In this document: positions 38,859 to 48,493 of the stretch, piece by piece | Numbering within the stretch: the stretch's first letter is position 1 | Layout of the letters: each line of letters begins with the position of its first letter | Assembly: GCA_003056085.1 (NCBI GenBank) | Contig: LSNK01000002.1 | Span: 110,575 to 174,574, forward strand | DNA: 64,000 nt | Source of the DNA: Parcubacteria group bacterium M6-OD1-1 | GTDB taxonomy: Bacteria; Patescibacteriota; Minisyncoccia; GWC2-36-17; M10-OD1-4 | Reading direction: 5' to 3' | Notes under the pieces: model-generated | The model's database searches: none | What the model was told of the DNA's origin: nothing | What the model saw: the letters and a program-made list of their open reading frames with translations, nothing else | Translations under genes and position numbers: made by a program

Positions 38859-40133
38859 TTAGTATTTATCGTACTCATGCATAACCATCTGAGCCTGCAC
38901 TTGTTTTATGGTGTCAATAACAACAGACACAACAATCAAAAGCGCAGTACCTCCTATGGTTAAAGTGGCAATACCTGTAAAATACCTGAAAATGTAAGGC
39001 AATATAGCTATAAGACCCAAAGAAACAGCTCCAAAAAGAGTAATACGATTCATAACTTTAAATAGAAATTCAGTTGTTGGTTTTCCAGGTCTTATCCCAG
39101 GGATAAATCCGCCTTGTTTTTGCACATTTTCTGAAATTTGCTTAGGATCAAACGTAATTGCCGTATAAAAATATGTAAATAATACAACTAAAGTAAAGTA
39201 AAGCGTAGGATAAAACCATCCGCCCTGCTGAAAAAATCTTAAAAATGCCTCAGAAGCCGAACTTAACCAAGCGGTATTGGATAATTTCGCTATATTTGCA
39301 AGCATCTCAGGAAAAAGTAATATTGAAATTGCAAAAATAATTGGAATAACTCCTGCTTGATTAACTTTTAAAGGCAAATATGTAGAAACGCCGCCGTACA
39401 TTTTAGCCCCTCTTATTCTTTTTGCATAAGAAACGGGAATATTTCTTGTGCTTTCATTCATATAAACAATTCCTGCTATGACAAATAAAGATGCAATAAT
39501 AAATACTATTACTGTTGGAATTAAAGATGGGTCAAAGTTTGCATAAAACTGTTTCAGAGTTGTTGGGGTACCCGCAATGATACCGGCAAAAATTAAAAGA
39601 GATATTCCATTGCCAAGTTTTTTTTCTGTTATAAGCTCTCCCAACCACATTAAAAATACGGTCCCTGCAGTAACAACTATTAAGTTTGTAATCAAGTCAA
39701 ACTTACTTAACTTATCAATAACATTTTGATTTTGAAGAAGCGCTAAAAGACCATACCCTTGAAGTAAAGCTAATGGTATGGTTGCGAGTCTTGTATATTG
39801 ATTAAATTTTTGTCTGCCAGCCTCTCCGGATTCCTGATAAAGTTCTTTTATTTTTGGGAAAACAACCGTTAAAAGCTGCATTATAATTAAGGCGGTAATG
39901 TAAGGACCTATCCCAAGCATAACAATGGACATGTTGTCTAATGCGCCGCCGGAGAATATATTTAAAAGTCCGAAAAATTGATTTCCTTCAAAAAAACTTT
40001 TTAATCTTGCCGTATCAATGCCAGGCACCGGAATAACAGCAGCTATCCTAAAAATAGCTAAAAGAGCCATAACAAAAAAGATTTTATTTCTTAAATCTTT
40101 TATTTTGAAAACTTTTATTATTTTACTTAGCAT
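38859..40133 (-). CDS. secY: preprotein translocase subunit SecY
   Basis: 424 aa with 10 transmembrane helices and conserved SecY segments (GIGPYITA..., GTALLIVV). Confidence 0.9.
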   Translation of the reverse strand: MLSKIIKVFKIKDLRNKIFFVMALLAIFRIAAVIPVPGIDTARLKSFFEGNQFFGLLNIFSGGALDNMSIVMLGIGPYITALIIMQLLTVVFPKIKELYQESGEAGRQKFNQYTRLATIPLALLQGYGLLALLQNQNVIDKLSKFDLITNLIVVTAGTVFLMWLGELITEKKLGNGISLLIFAGIIAGTPTTLKQFYANFDPSLIPTVIVFIIASLFVIAGIVYMNESTRNIPVSYAKRIRGAKMYGGVSTYLPLKVNQAGVIPIIFAISILLFPEMLANIAKLSNTAWLSSASEAFLRFFQQGGWFYPTLYFTLVVLFTYFYTAITFDPKQISENVQKQGGFIPGIRPGKPTTEFLFKVMNRITLFGAVSLGLIAILPYIFRYFTGIATLTIGGTALLIVVSVVIDTIKQVQAQMVMHEYDKY

Positions 40134-40161
40134 AAAATTAGATTATAGATTAAAATTCAAT

Positions 40162-40599
40162 CTACTTTATTTGCCCACCGGCTTTTTTTATCTTTTCTTC
40201 AGCGGATCCTGAAATTTGACATTCCGAAACTAAAATCTTCACAGCAAGATTACCATTGCCAAGCAACTTAACCTTTGGATATCTACCCCCTGTTTTTGAA
40301 ATTAATCCTTTTTCTGAAAGAGTTTTTATATTTACTTCATCTCCATCACTAAAACTCCCTGTCAAATCACCAACATTTACAATTGATGGTTTTGTTTTTA
40401 TACTTGCAAATTTATTTTTACCCCTGCCTCTTAATTTAGGAATTTTTTTAATAAAATCCCTCTCCGCAGGCCTAATATTGGCTCCGGCTCTTGATTTTTG
40501 ACCGTTCATTCCTCTCCCGGAAGTTTTTCCTCTGCTCCCGCCTCTTCCTACTCGTTTCTTGCTTTTAAATTTTGTAAAAAATATATCTTTTAATTGCAT
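40162..40599 (-). CDS. rplO: 50S ribosomal protein L15
   Basis: KRVGRGGSRGKTSGRGMNGQKSRAG. Confidence 0.9.
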   Translation of the reverse strand: MQLKDIFFTKFKSKKRVGRGGSRGKTSGRGMNGQKSRAGANIRPAERDFIKKIPKLRGRGKNKFASIKTKPSIVNVGDLTGSFSDGDEVNIKTLSEKGLISKTGGRYPKVKLLGNGNLAVKILVSECQISGSAEEKIKKAGGQIK

Positions 40600-40678
40600 A
40601 AAAATAGTTATGAAGTCACAAAGTCAAAAAGTAGAAAATAAATTACGTCTAACTTTTTAACCTTTAACTTTTAACTTT

Positions 40679-41242
40679 CTATTTTGTATTATTTTCTTTT
40701 TTTTCTTCTTTGCTTTCAGTTTTTTTATTAATTTTTGTCTTTTTAGCCGGTTTTAACTGACTAAGAGCCTTTATCGTTGCTCTTGCATTATTTATTTTGT
40801 TTTTACTCTTACTTAAAATTTTTGCTGTAATATTATGAATTCCGGCAAATTCGCAAACAATTCTTACTGCGCCGCCTGCAATAACACCACGACCGGCTTT
40901 TGCGGGTTTCAATAAAATCTTTGCGCCTTTATTTTTAACTTCAATTTCATGAGGAATAGTGCCTTCAGAAATATTTACAGTAATTAAATTCTTTTTTGCA
41001 TTATTAACCGCTTTCCCCATAGCTAAACTAACATCGGAACCCTTTGCAACACCTATGCCAACTCTACCCTTCTTATCACCTATAACAGCAGCAATCCTAA
41101 AACTGAATCTTCTTCCTCCTGCCATAACACGAGTAACTCTTGCAATATCAAGTATCTTTTGCTCAAATTCCGGCTTCTCTTTTTTGAAAAACCTTCCTCC
41201 TCTTGGTCTTGTTGATTTTGTTTTATTATTATTTTTTTCCAT
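40679..41242 (-). CDS. rpsE: 30S ribosomal protein S5
   Basis: RVTRVMAGGRRFSFRIAAVIGDKKGRVGIGVAKG. Confidence 0.9.
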   Translation of the reverse strand: MEKNNNKTKSTRPRGGRFFKKEKPEFEQKILDIARVTRVMAGGRRFSFRIAAVIGDKKGRVGIGVAKGSDVSLAMGKAVNNAKKNLITVNISEGTIPHEIEVKNKGAKILLKPAKAGRGVIAGGAVRIVCEFAGIHNITAKILSKSKNKINNARATIKALSQLKPAKKTKINKKTESKEEKKENNTK

Positions 41243-41244
41243 AT

Positions 41245-41580
41245 TTAAAATTTTAAACCGCCCTCTTTGGCTCCTTCTGCTAATAATTTTACACGACCAT
41301 GAAATTTATGACCCCCTCTATCAAACACAACCTCAGTAATCTTTTTTTCCTTTGCTTTTTTTGCAACCTCAGACCCAACTTTTTTTGCCAAAATACTTTT
41401 TGTATCTTTTCCTTTTTTCAGCTTAAGGTCAGAAAAAGCAACTAATGTGCTCCCTTTTTCATCATCAATTAACTGCGCGTATATATGCTGTGAAGATCTA
41501 AAAACCGCCAACCTTGGTCTTTTTGTTGTTCCTGAAAGTTTTGATCTTATTTTTTTGTGTCTTTGTTTTCTATCTGACAT
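41245..41580 (-). CDS. rplR: 50S ribosomal protein L18
   Basis: [20 protein letters not shown]. Confidence 0.9.
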   Translation of the reverse strand: MSDRKQRHKKIRSKLSGTTKRPRLAVFRSSQHIYAQLIDDEKGSTLVAFSDLKLKKGKDTKSILAKKVGSEVAKKAKEKKITEVVFDRGGHKFHGRVKLLAEGAKEGGLKF

Positions 41581-41669
41581 ATTATCAATTAAAAGTCATA
41601 AAGTCCCAAATTATAAAGTTTTATGTAATTTACTTTTTAACTTTCAACTTTTTAACTTTCAACTTTTAC

Positions 41670-42212
41670 TTATGCTGCTGTTGCAGCTTTTTTACCTGCT
41701 TTTCTTCTTACTACTTCACCCTGATATCTTATACCCTTTCCTTTGTAAGGTTCTGGTTTCTTTAACTTTCTTATATTTGCAGCTGTTTGACCGACTAACA
41801 TCTTACTGATACCGGAAACCGTTATTGTATTTTTCTCGACTGCAAAACTAATTCCTTCCGGAGCTTCAATTTCAACAGGATGAGAAAATCCTAACGCCAT
41901 CACAAGCTTATTTCCCTGCAAGTCAACCTTAAAACCAACACCTTCAATTTCCAATTTCTTTTCATATCCTTTACTCACGCCATCTAACATATTTGCAATA
42001 AGAGATCTTGTAAGCCCCCAAAAAGCCGGGCCTCTTTTATCTTCTCCTAAAATAGAAACTAGAATTTGACTATCACTCATTTTAACATCCACAAAAGAAG
42101 CTTTTTTCATTGAAAGCTCGCCTTTTGGTCCTTTAGCAGTGATATTGTCTCCATTTATAGTTACTGTAATATCACTTCCTATTTCTATTGGTTGTTTTCC
42201 TACTCTGCTCAT
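41670..42212 (-). CDS. rplF: 50S ribosomal protein L6
   Basis: MSRVGKQPIEIGSDITVTI. Confidence 0.9.
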   Translation of the reverse strand: MSRVGKQPIEIGSDITVTINGDNITAKGPKGELSMKKASFVDVKMSDSQILVSILGEDKRGPAFWGLTRSLIANMLDGVSKGYEKKLEIEGVGFKVDLQGNKLVMALGFSHPVEIEAPEGISFAVEKNTITVSGISKMLVGQTAANIRKLKKPEPYKGKGIRYQGEVVRRKAGKKAATAA

Positions 42213-42427
42213 ACCAGTGTTGTTTTAATTATTTAATGAGACTCAATGTTGAGTGAAATAATTAAATTTCAACATTGAGCATCCCTCACTTGGATTAATA
42301 AAAGATAAATTATAAGTTTAAGTAAATAATATATCTTTTTTAAAAAACCCAAGTTAGGAGTAAGGTTTTCTATCCAAGTTTTTACTTCTGATTAACATCA
42401 GAACCAAAAACTTGGATAAAACTCTTA
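42213..42427 (-). repeat. intergenic structured element, R family copy 3, lying between rpsH and rplF
   Basis: Minus strand TAA-GAGTTTTA; hairpin TCCAAGTTTTTGGTTCTGAT-GTTA-ATCAGAAGTAAAAACTTGGA; AAAACCTTACTC; CTAACTTGG; 55 nt spacer; CCAAGTGAGG; GATGCTCAATGTTGA hairpin. Confidence 0.6.
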
Positions 42428-42817
42428 CCAAACTTCGCATAAAACTTCTCCTCCAATTTTATTTTTTCTTGCTTCTTTATTGCTTATAACACCCATTGGA
42501 GTTGAAAGTATTGAAATGCCAAATCCTTGCCTAATATCAAAAAGCTCTGAATGCCCCTTGTAAATCCTCTGGCTTGGTCTTGAAACTCTCTTAAGCTCTG
42601 AAATATAAGATTCTCCTTCTGTATTGTATTTTAATTTAATCTCAATTATTTTTTTAATCTTTTTTCCTTTTTTGTCACAAGAATCAATAAATCCCTCTTT
42701 TTTAAGAACGCTTGCAATTGACATTTTCATTTTTGAATAAGGAATATGCACAGTTGGTTTTCCAACTGCTTTTGAATTTCTTATTCTTGTTAACATATCT
42801 GCTATTGGGTCTGTCAT
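42425..42817 (-). CDS. rpsH: 30S ribosomal protein S8
   Basis: MTDPIADMLTRIRNS. Confidence 0.9.
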   Translation of the reverse strand: MTDPIADMLTRIRNSKAVGKPTVHIPYSKMKMSIASVLKKEGFIDSCDKKGKKIKKIIEIKLKYNTEGESYISELKRVSRPSQRIYKGHSELFDIRQGFGISILSTPMGVISNKEARKNKIGGEVLCEVW

Positions 42818-42890
42818 TTTTTTAGGTTTTAGGTTATAGGTTTTAGGAATTAGATTTTACCAACACCTACAAACTATCGCCTTAATTAAT

Positions 42891-43076
42891 TTACCAACTT
42901 GATTTTTTAATTCCTGGAATTTCACCTTTATTTGCCATTTCTCTGAAGCAAATCCTACAAAGATCAAAATCTCTCATATATCCATGTTTTCTTCCACATT
43001 TAAAACACCTTAATACTTTACGAGTAGAAAACTTCGGTGTCTTTTTTGATCTTGCTATTGTTGATTGCTTTGCCAT
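42891..43076 (-). CDS. rpsZ: 30S ribosomal protein S14 type Z (61 aa, zinc-binding)
   Basis: [23 protein letters not shown]. Confidence 0.9.
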   Translation of the reverse strand: MAKQSTIARSKKTPKFSTRKVLRCFKCGRKHGYMRDFDLCRICFREMANKGEIPGIKKSSW

Positions 43077-43142
43077 AATAATTAGTTATAAACTTGTTAA
43101 GTCCAAAGGTTAAAAATCGCTTGCTTTATAACTTTTAACTTT

Positions 43143-43694
43143 CTACTTTTTACTTTCAACCTTTAACGGAAATCCTAATAATCTAAATAATTTTTCTGCT
43201 TGTTTTTTGTCTTTACTGGATGTAACAACTGTAATCTGGAGTCCAAAAATACCTCTTGCATTTTCCTGATTAATTTCAGGAAATACGATTTGTTCACGAA
43301 TCCCTATGGTTAAATTCCCATTTTCATCAATATTTTTAAGCTCTAATCCTCTGAAATCTCTTGTTCTTGGAAGTGACACAGATACCAATCTATCAATAAA
43401 ATCATACATTTTTTCACCCCTTAGAGTAACTCTTACTCCAACATCCATACCTTCTCTTAATTTAAAAGCGGCGATTGATTTTTTTGCCTTTGCTTTCACG
43501 GCTTTCTGACCAGCAATAGCTGTGATGTCTTTTTCTATCGCATCCACCAAAGCTGTATCCTTTGCTACCCTTCCTGTCCCGCTGTTTAAAATAACTTTTT
43601 TAATCTTCGGCACCTGAAAATCATTTTTAAAACCAAACTCCTTTTTAAGCTGTTCTGTTATTTCTTTTTTGTATTTTTCCTTTAATCTGTTCAT
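43143..43694 (-). CDS. rplE: 50S ribosomal protein L5
   Basis: [12 protein letters not shown]...[22 protein letters not shown]. Confidence 0.9.
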   Translation of the reverse strand: MNRLKEKYKKEITEQLKKEFGFKNDFQVPKIKKVILNSGTGRVAKDTALVDAIEKDITAIAGQKAVKAKAKKSIAAFKLREGMDVGVRVTLRGEKMYDFIDRLVSVSLPRTRDFRGLELKNIDENGNLTIGIREQIVFPEINQENARGIFGLQITVVTSSKDKKQAEKLFRLLGFPLKVESKK

Positions 43695-43836
43695 AATAAC
43701 GAATCAAGAATCAAGAATTAAAAATCAAGTATTTTTACCGTTTAACTTAATTTATAATTTTTGCTTCTTATTTACTTCTCAAACTATTCTCGTAAAAAAT
43801 TATTCTCAGTCAATCTTATTTTTTCTTATTTCTCAA
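43695..43836 (-). repeat. intergenic repeat, S family copy 1 (between rplX and rplE)
   Basis: About 80 percent identical over ~95 nt to 44578-44716; contains AATCAAG tandem units. Confidence 0.55.
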
Positions 43837-44151
43837 CTATATTATAGTTTCACACCTCTTGCATAATCTGTTTTTTCCTTCTTTGTTCAACTTATAACCT
43901 ACTCTTGTTGGTTTGTTGCATTTTTTACATACCAGCATAACATTTGAAATATGTGTCGGCGCCTCAACATCTATTATTTGGCCCTTTTCACCTTGTTTCT
44001 TGGGTCTCACATGTCTTTTTCGCATATTTACACCCTCAACAACAACCTTATCAATCTTTGGTATAGCTTGAATTATCTTTCCGTCTTTTCCTTTATCTTT
44101 TCCTGATAAAATTATTACATTGTCTCCTTTTTTTATTTTCATAAAAATCAA
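43837..44151 (-). CDS. rplX: 50S ribosomal protein L24 (true start probably MKIKKGD)
   Basis: KOW motif KIKKGDNVIILSGKDKGKDGKI. Confidence 0.9.
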   Translation of the reverse strand: MIFMKIKKGDNVIILSGKDKGKDGKIIQAIPKIDKVVVEGVNMRKRHVRPKKQGEKGQIIDVEAPTHISNVMLVCKKCNKPTRVGYKLNKEGKNRLCKRCETII

Positions 44152-44211
44152 TTATAAAGTTAAAAAGCTCAAAAATGAATTACATAAAACTTTTAACTTT
44201 TTCTATTTTAA

Positions 44212-44577
44212 CTAAATTACTTCCGGTGCAAGCGATGTCAATTTCAGATAACCTCTTTCTTTCAACTCTCTTGGAATCGGACCAAAAACACGCCCTCCTT
44301 TTATATCTTTTCCATCCAGCACAACAGCTGCGTTTTCGTCAAACCTGATATAAGAACCGTCTTTTCTTCTGAAAGTCTTTTTTTGCCTCACAATAACAGC
44401 CTTAACAACATCTGATTTTTTTACAGCTTTCCTCGGTTCAGCAGACTTTACAGCAGCAACTATAATATCCCCAATCTGGGCATATCTTCTTTTTGACCCA
44501 CCTAAAACCTTTATGCATTGGATCTTTTTTGCGCCGCTGTTATCGGCTATTTTTAACATTGTTTGTACTTGAATCAT
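44212..44577 (-). CDS. rplN: 50S ribosomal protein L14
   Basis: [28 protein letters not shown]. Confidence 0.9.
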   Translation of the reverse strand: MIQVQTMLKIADNSGAKKIQCIKVLGGSKRRYAQIGDIIVAAVKSAEPRKAVKKSDVVKAVIVRQKKTFRRKDGSYIRFDENAAVVLDGKDIKGGRVFGPIPRELKERGYLKLTSLAPEVI

Positions 44578-44716
44578 AATAATGAATTAAGAATCAAGAA
44601 TTAAAAATCAAGTATTTTATCGTTTAACTTAATTTATAATTTTTGATCCTTACTTCTTGTTTATTTTTTAAACTATTTCCTGCTTCGTAAATACTTTTAT
44701 ATAAATCTACACCTAA
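44578..44716 (-). repeat. intergenic repeat, S family copy 2 (between rpsQ and rplN)
   Basis: Homologous to 43695-43836. Confidence 0.55.
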
Positions 44717-44965
44717 CTAATTTGCTTTTATAACCACCCATTTCTTGTCTTTTGAAATAGGCTTTGACTCTAAAATTCTAACCGCATCACCCACCTTATG
44801 TAAATTTTTTTCATCGTGCGCCTTATATCTTTTTGAAACCTTGATGTATTTTTTATATATCTTATGTTTTTTGTATTCAGATACTAAAACAACAACAGTT
44901 TTATCCATTTTATCTGAAACCACCATTCCCTCAAGTATTCTTTTGTTCACTGTTTTTGTTTTCAT
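44717..44965 (-). CDS. rpsQ: 30S ribosomal protein S17
   Basis: [28 protein letters not shown]. Confidence 0.9.
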   Translation of the reverse strand: MKTKTVNKRILEGMVVSDKMDKTVVVLVSEYKKHKIYKKYIKVSKRYKAHDEKNLHKVGDAVRILESKPISKDKKWVVIKAN

Positions 44966-45060
44966 AAATCTCTTAATTCATATTAACTACTTGCATCAAA
45001 AGATAAAATTATATTTAATATCTCTTTTGTGCTTATGGTTAATAAAAGTCTTTATAGCAT

Positions 45061-45243
45061 TTATTTTTGATTAAGTAAAGTTTTCACCCTTGCAATACCT
45101 CTTTTAACCATCTTTACTTCACTTATATTTTTTAATCTATTAAAAGTCAGATCAAATCTAAGATCATGAAGTTTTTTAATATCATTTTTCAAAACTTTTT
45201 CCAATTCGGATTTTGTTTTTGATTTTAATTCCACTTTTTTCAT
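45061..45243 (-). CDS. rpmC: 50S ribosomal protein L29
   Basis: 60 aa, L29 helix pattern [25 protein letters not shown]. Confidence 0.85.
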   Translation of the reverse strand: MKKVELKSKTKSELEKVLKNDIKKLHDLRFDLTFNRLKNISEVKMVKRGIARVKTLLNQK

Positions 45244-45247
45244 ATTA

Positions 45248-45664
45248 TTACTTTAATCTTTTAACAAATTTGGTTTTAACAGGAAGCTTAAAAGATGCTT
45301 TTCTAAAAGCGTCTTTTGCTTTCTCTTCGGACACTCCATCCATTTCAAAAAGAATTCTCCCGGGCTTTATCGGCATAACATATTTATCAACAGAACCTTT
45401 TCCTCCACCCATAGGGGTTTCAGCTCCTTTTTTGGTTATCGGTTTGTCAGGGAAAACCCTAATCCAAATTTTACCTCCTTTTTGAACTGTTCTTGTTATA
45501 ACACGTCTTGCAGCTTCAATCTGTCTTGAGTCTATCCATGCTCTGCCTTCTGATTTCATACCAAAACTACCAAAACTAATAGTAGCTCCTCTTGATTCAA
45601 CGCCAGTGCTTTTCTTGCGTCCCTTCTGCCATTTTCTATGTTTTACTTTATTTGGTATTAACAT
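45248..45664 (-). CDS. rplP: 50S ribosomal protein L16
   Basis: [33 protein letters not shown]. Confidence 0.9.
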   Translation of the reverse strand: MLIPNKVKHRKWQKGRKKSTGVESRGATISFGSFGMKSEGRAWIDSRQIEAARRVITRTVQKGGKIWIRVFPDKPITKKGAETPMGGGKGSVDKYVMPIKPGRILFEMDGVSEEKAKDAFRKASFKLPVKTKFVKRLK

Positions 45665-45738
45665 AAGTTCATTATAATAAGTTATAAAGTGTAAAAGCTT
45701 AATATAACTTACTTTTAACTTGATAACTTCTTACTTTT

Positions 45739-46419
45739 TTATTTTTTATTCTCTTTTTTTTGCTCTTTAAATACTTCTCCTTTATAAATCCAAACCTTAA
45801 TTCCGGAAACTCCATACCTGCAATATGCGTTAACCTGCGCATAATCAATGTCCGCTCTTATGGTCTGTAAAGGAATATTTCCTTTTGACAACCATTCTGT
45901 TCTTGCCATTTCAGCTCCATCAAGCCTGCCAGAAATCATAATCTTAACCCCTTTTACCTCGGAGTTTTGCATAACTTTTTCTATAGACTGTTTAAGAACT
46001 CTTCTGAAAGGCATTCTTTTTTCCATCTGATCTGCAATCTGCTGACCTAATATCTGAGCATTAGACTCCGGTTTTGAAACTTCTTCTATCTGTAATTTAA
46101 TATTTGTTTTTGAAGATTTGTCTTCTCTTATTCTTTTATAAAAATTATCAATCTCTTTTTTCAATGTTTCAATACCGGCACCACCCTTACCAATAATAAG
46201 CCCTGGTCTTGAAGTGTGTATTATAATCTTAAGTTCGTTTTCTGATCTCTCCATTTCTATCTTGCTTAAGCCTTGTTTTTTTAATTTGTCCGTCACTAAC
46301 TTACGAAGATAATAATCTTCTTTCAAAAATCCTTTATATTTTTTTAGACTAAACCACATTGACCTCCAGGTCGTTGTCTCTCCTATTCTAAAAACTAATG
46401 GATGAACTTTTTTACCCAT
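45739..46419 (-). CDS. rpsC: 30S ribosomal protein S3
   Basis: MGKKVHPLVFRIGETTTWRSMWF; KH domain. Confidence 0.9.
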   Translation of the reverse strand: MGKKVHPLVFRIGETTTWRSMWFSLKKYKGFLKEDYYLRKLVTDKLKKQGLSKIEMERSENELKIIIHTSRPGLIIGKGGAGIETLKKEIDNFYKRIREDKSSKTNIKLQIEEVSKPESNAQILGQQIADQMEKRMPFRRVLKQSIEKVMQNSEVKGVKIMISGRLDGAEMARTEWLSKGNIPLQTIRADIDYAQVNAYCRYGVSGIKVWIYKGEVFKEQKKENKK

Positions 46420-46421
46420 AA

Positions 46422-46904
46422 CTATTTATCTTTTTTATTAATCTGCTTCTTATCTTCTTTTTTAACCGACTTTTTCACCTTCTTGTCTGTTACTTCTTCA
46501 GTCTTTTCTTTACTATTGTCAATTTCTTTATCTAATTTATTTTTTTCCTTCTTTTCTTTCGGTTCGGTTTTTTCTTTATCTTCCAATACCAAAGTTATAT
46601 GAGAAGTTCTTTTTCTTATATGAAAAGCCCTCCCCATAGCTCTTGGCATAATTCTTTTTAAAGTCGGACCTTCATTTACAAATAACTCTGAAATATATAA
46701 ATCTGACTCTTTCAACTTAAAATTATGTTCTGCATTTGCGATTGCAGAATTTAAAAGCTTAAGCATACTCTTTGAAGATCTTTTAATCAAAAAATGAAGT
46801 TGGTGTTTTGCGTCCGCAACATCAAGACCCCTCACCAAATCTGCTACTAATCTGACTTTTCTTGGTGAAATTCTTAAGTTGTTCAACTTCGCTTTTACCT
46901 TCAT
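46422..46904 (-). CDS. rplV: 50S ribosomal protein L22 with Lys/Glu-rich C-terminal tail
   Basis: RISPRKVRLVADLVRGLDVADAKHQLHF. Confidence 0.9.
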   Translation of the reverse strand: MKVKAKLNNLRISPRKVRLVADLVRGLDVADAKHQLHFLIKRSSKSMLKLLNSAIANAEHNFKLKESDLYISELFVNEGPTLKRIMPRAMGRAFHIRKRTSHITLVLEDKEKTEPKEKKEKNKLDKEIDNSKEKTEEVTDKKVKKSVKKEDKKQINKKDK

Positions 46905-47077
46905 GAAAATATTATTTTAATTATTTAACGAAACTCAATTTGGATTAATAAAAGACAAGTTATAAGTTTAAGTAAATAATATGTCTTTTTTTACAAACCC
47001 AATTGAGAGGTAAGTTTTTTTATCCAAGTTTTTACTTCCGATTAACATCGGAATCAAAAACTTGGATAAAACCCTTA
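46905..47077 (-). repeat. intergenic structured element, R family copy 4, lying between rpsS and rplV
   Basis: Same architecture as copy 3, but core arms changed to CTCAATTGG / CCAAATTGAG. Hairpin 1 carries CCGAT/ATCGG instead of CTGAT/ATCAG. Confidence 0.6.
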
Positions 47078-47353
47078 CTTTTTCTGATCTAAAACTTTTT
47101 GAATTTTTCCTCCGTGTCTCACAAACTTCTTTGTCGGAGAAAACTCTCCAAGCCTGTGTCCTACCATATCCTCTGTTACAAACACCTCCAAATGCTGTTT
47201 TCCATTATGGACACCAAATGTATGACCAACCATTTCCGGAGATATCATAGAAGCCCTGGCCCAAGTTTTGATAACCTCGCCTCGCTTTGCGTTTAATACC
47301 TTTTTTGCCAATTTTTCATCTACGTATGGTCCTTTTTTTAAACTTCTTGACAT
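47075..47353 (-). CDS. rpsS: 30S ribosomal protein S19
   Basis: [15 protein letters not shown]...[12 protein letters not shown]. Confidence 0.9.
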   Translation of the reverse strand: MSRSLKKGPYVDEKLAKKVLNAKRGEVIKTWARASMISPEMVGHTFGVHNGKQHLEVFVTEDMVGHRLGEFSPTKKFVRHGGKIQKVLDQKK

Positions 47354-47375
47354 TTTTTTACTTTTTACTTTTTAA

Positions 47376-48212
47376 TTATCTTTTCTTGCTTACTCTCCTT
47401 CTTATTATCAATTTATTTGAAGGATTGTGCTTTTTTCTGGTCTTTTTGCCTAAAGCATGCTTTCCCCAAGGTGTTTTTGGATATTTCATTCCAATTCCTT
47501 GTCTTCCCTCTCCTCCACCATGAGGATGATCAACCGGGTTCATGGCAGAACCACGAACTGTTGGTCTTTTCCCAACCCATCTTGATCTTCCTGCTTTTCC
47601 ATGATTTACCAAAGCATATTCAGTATTTGAAACTATTCCAATCGTAGCCAAACAGCTGTCCAATACTTTTCTTATTTCCTTTGACGGCATAAGCAACTGT
47701 GTGTAACCTTTCTCATTTGCCATAACCTGAGCTGATGAACCTGCTGACCTTGTAATTTGACCTCCTTTATTTGGTTGTAATTCAATATTATGAACAAAAT
47801 ATCCTACTGGAATATTTTTAAGCGGCATTCTGTTTCCCTCTTTTAACGGAGCTTTTTCTGAAGTAATAACCTCATCGCCAACTTTTATTGATTTTTCTGC
47901 AATAACATACCTTTTATCTCCATCTGCATATGTTAAAAGTGCAATAAAAGCGGATCTATTAGGATCATATTCCAAAGTTGTAACTTTAGCCGGAACATCA
48001 AATTTATCCTGTTTAAAGTCTATTTCTCTGTATAATCTTTTATTTCCACCACCTTTATGTCTTACTGTTATTCTTCCTGATGTCGCTCTGCCCTTTCTTC
48101 TTTTAAATCCTGATGTCAAAGATTTTTCCGGATTTTTAACAGTCAAAACAGAGTAGTCAACTACTGTTCTCCCTCTTTGTCCTGGTGTTGTTGGTTTTAA
48201 TCTTTTTAACAT
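47376..48212 (-). CDS. rplB: 50S ribosomal protein L2
   Basis: GRNMPLKNIPVG...HGGGEGR. Confidence 0.9.
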   Translation of the reverse strand: MLKRLKPTTPGQRGRTVVDYSVLTVKNPEKSLTSGFKRRKGRATSGRITVRHKGGGNKRLYREIDFKQDKFDVPAKVTTLEYDPNRSAFIALLTYADGDKRYVIAEKSIKVGDEVITSEKAPLKEGNRMPLKNIPVGYFVHNIELQPNKGGQITRSAGSSAQVMANEKGYTQLLMPSKEIRKVLDSCLATIGIVSNTEYALVNHGKAGRSRWVGKRPTVRGSAMNPVDHPHGGGEGRQGIGMKYPKTPWGKHALGKKTRKKHNPSNKLIIRRRVSKKR

Positions 48213-48493
48213 AATAATAAATTTTTATTTTTCTAAAAACTAATCTGTTTGAGTGTAATTTAAGAAAAAAGCGAGGAGTGAAACGAAAATGTACTTATTG
48301 GGTACATTGAGTAAACTCAATATGAAATGAATTTTACTATAATATTGAGTACTCCTCACTTAGACCTACAAAAAATAAATTACGAAATCTACATACATAA
48401 TATATTCTTTACAAACCCAAGTGAGGAATAAGGTTTGCTAACCAAATTTTTACCTCCGATAAATCGGAAATAAAAATTTGGAGCAAGCCCTTA
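48213..48493 (-). repeat. intergenic structured element, R family copy 5 (longest, 278 nt), lying between rplW and rplB
   Basis: Minus strand TAA-GGGCTTGCT; hairpin CCAAATTTTTA...TAAAAATTTGG; AAACCTTATTC; CTCACTTGG; spacer; CTAAGTGAGG; AGTACTCAATATT hairpin. An extra GTGAGGAGT/ACTCCTCGC pair lies in the 3' tail. Confidence 0.6.
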
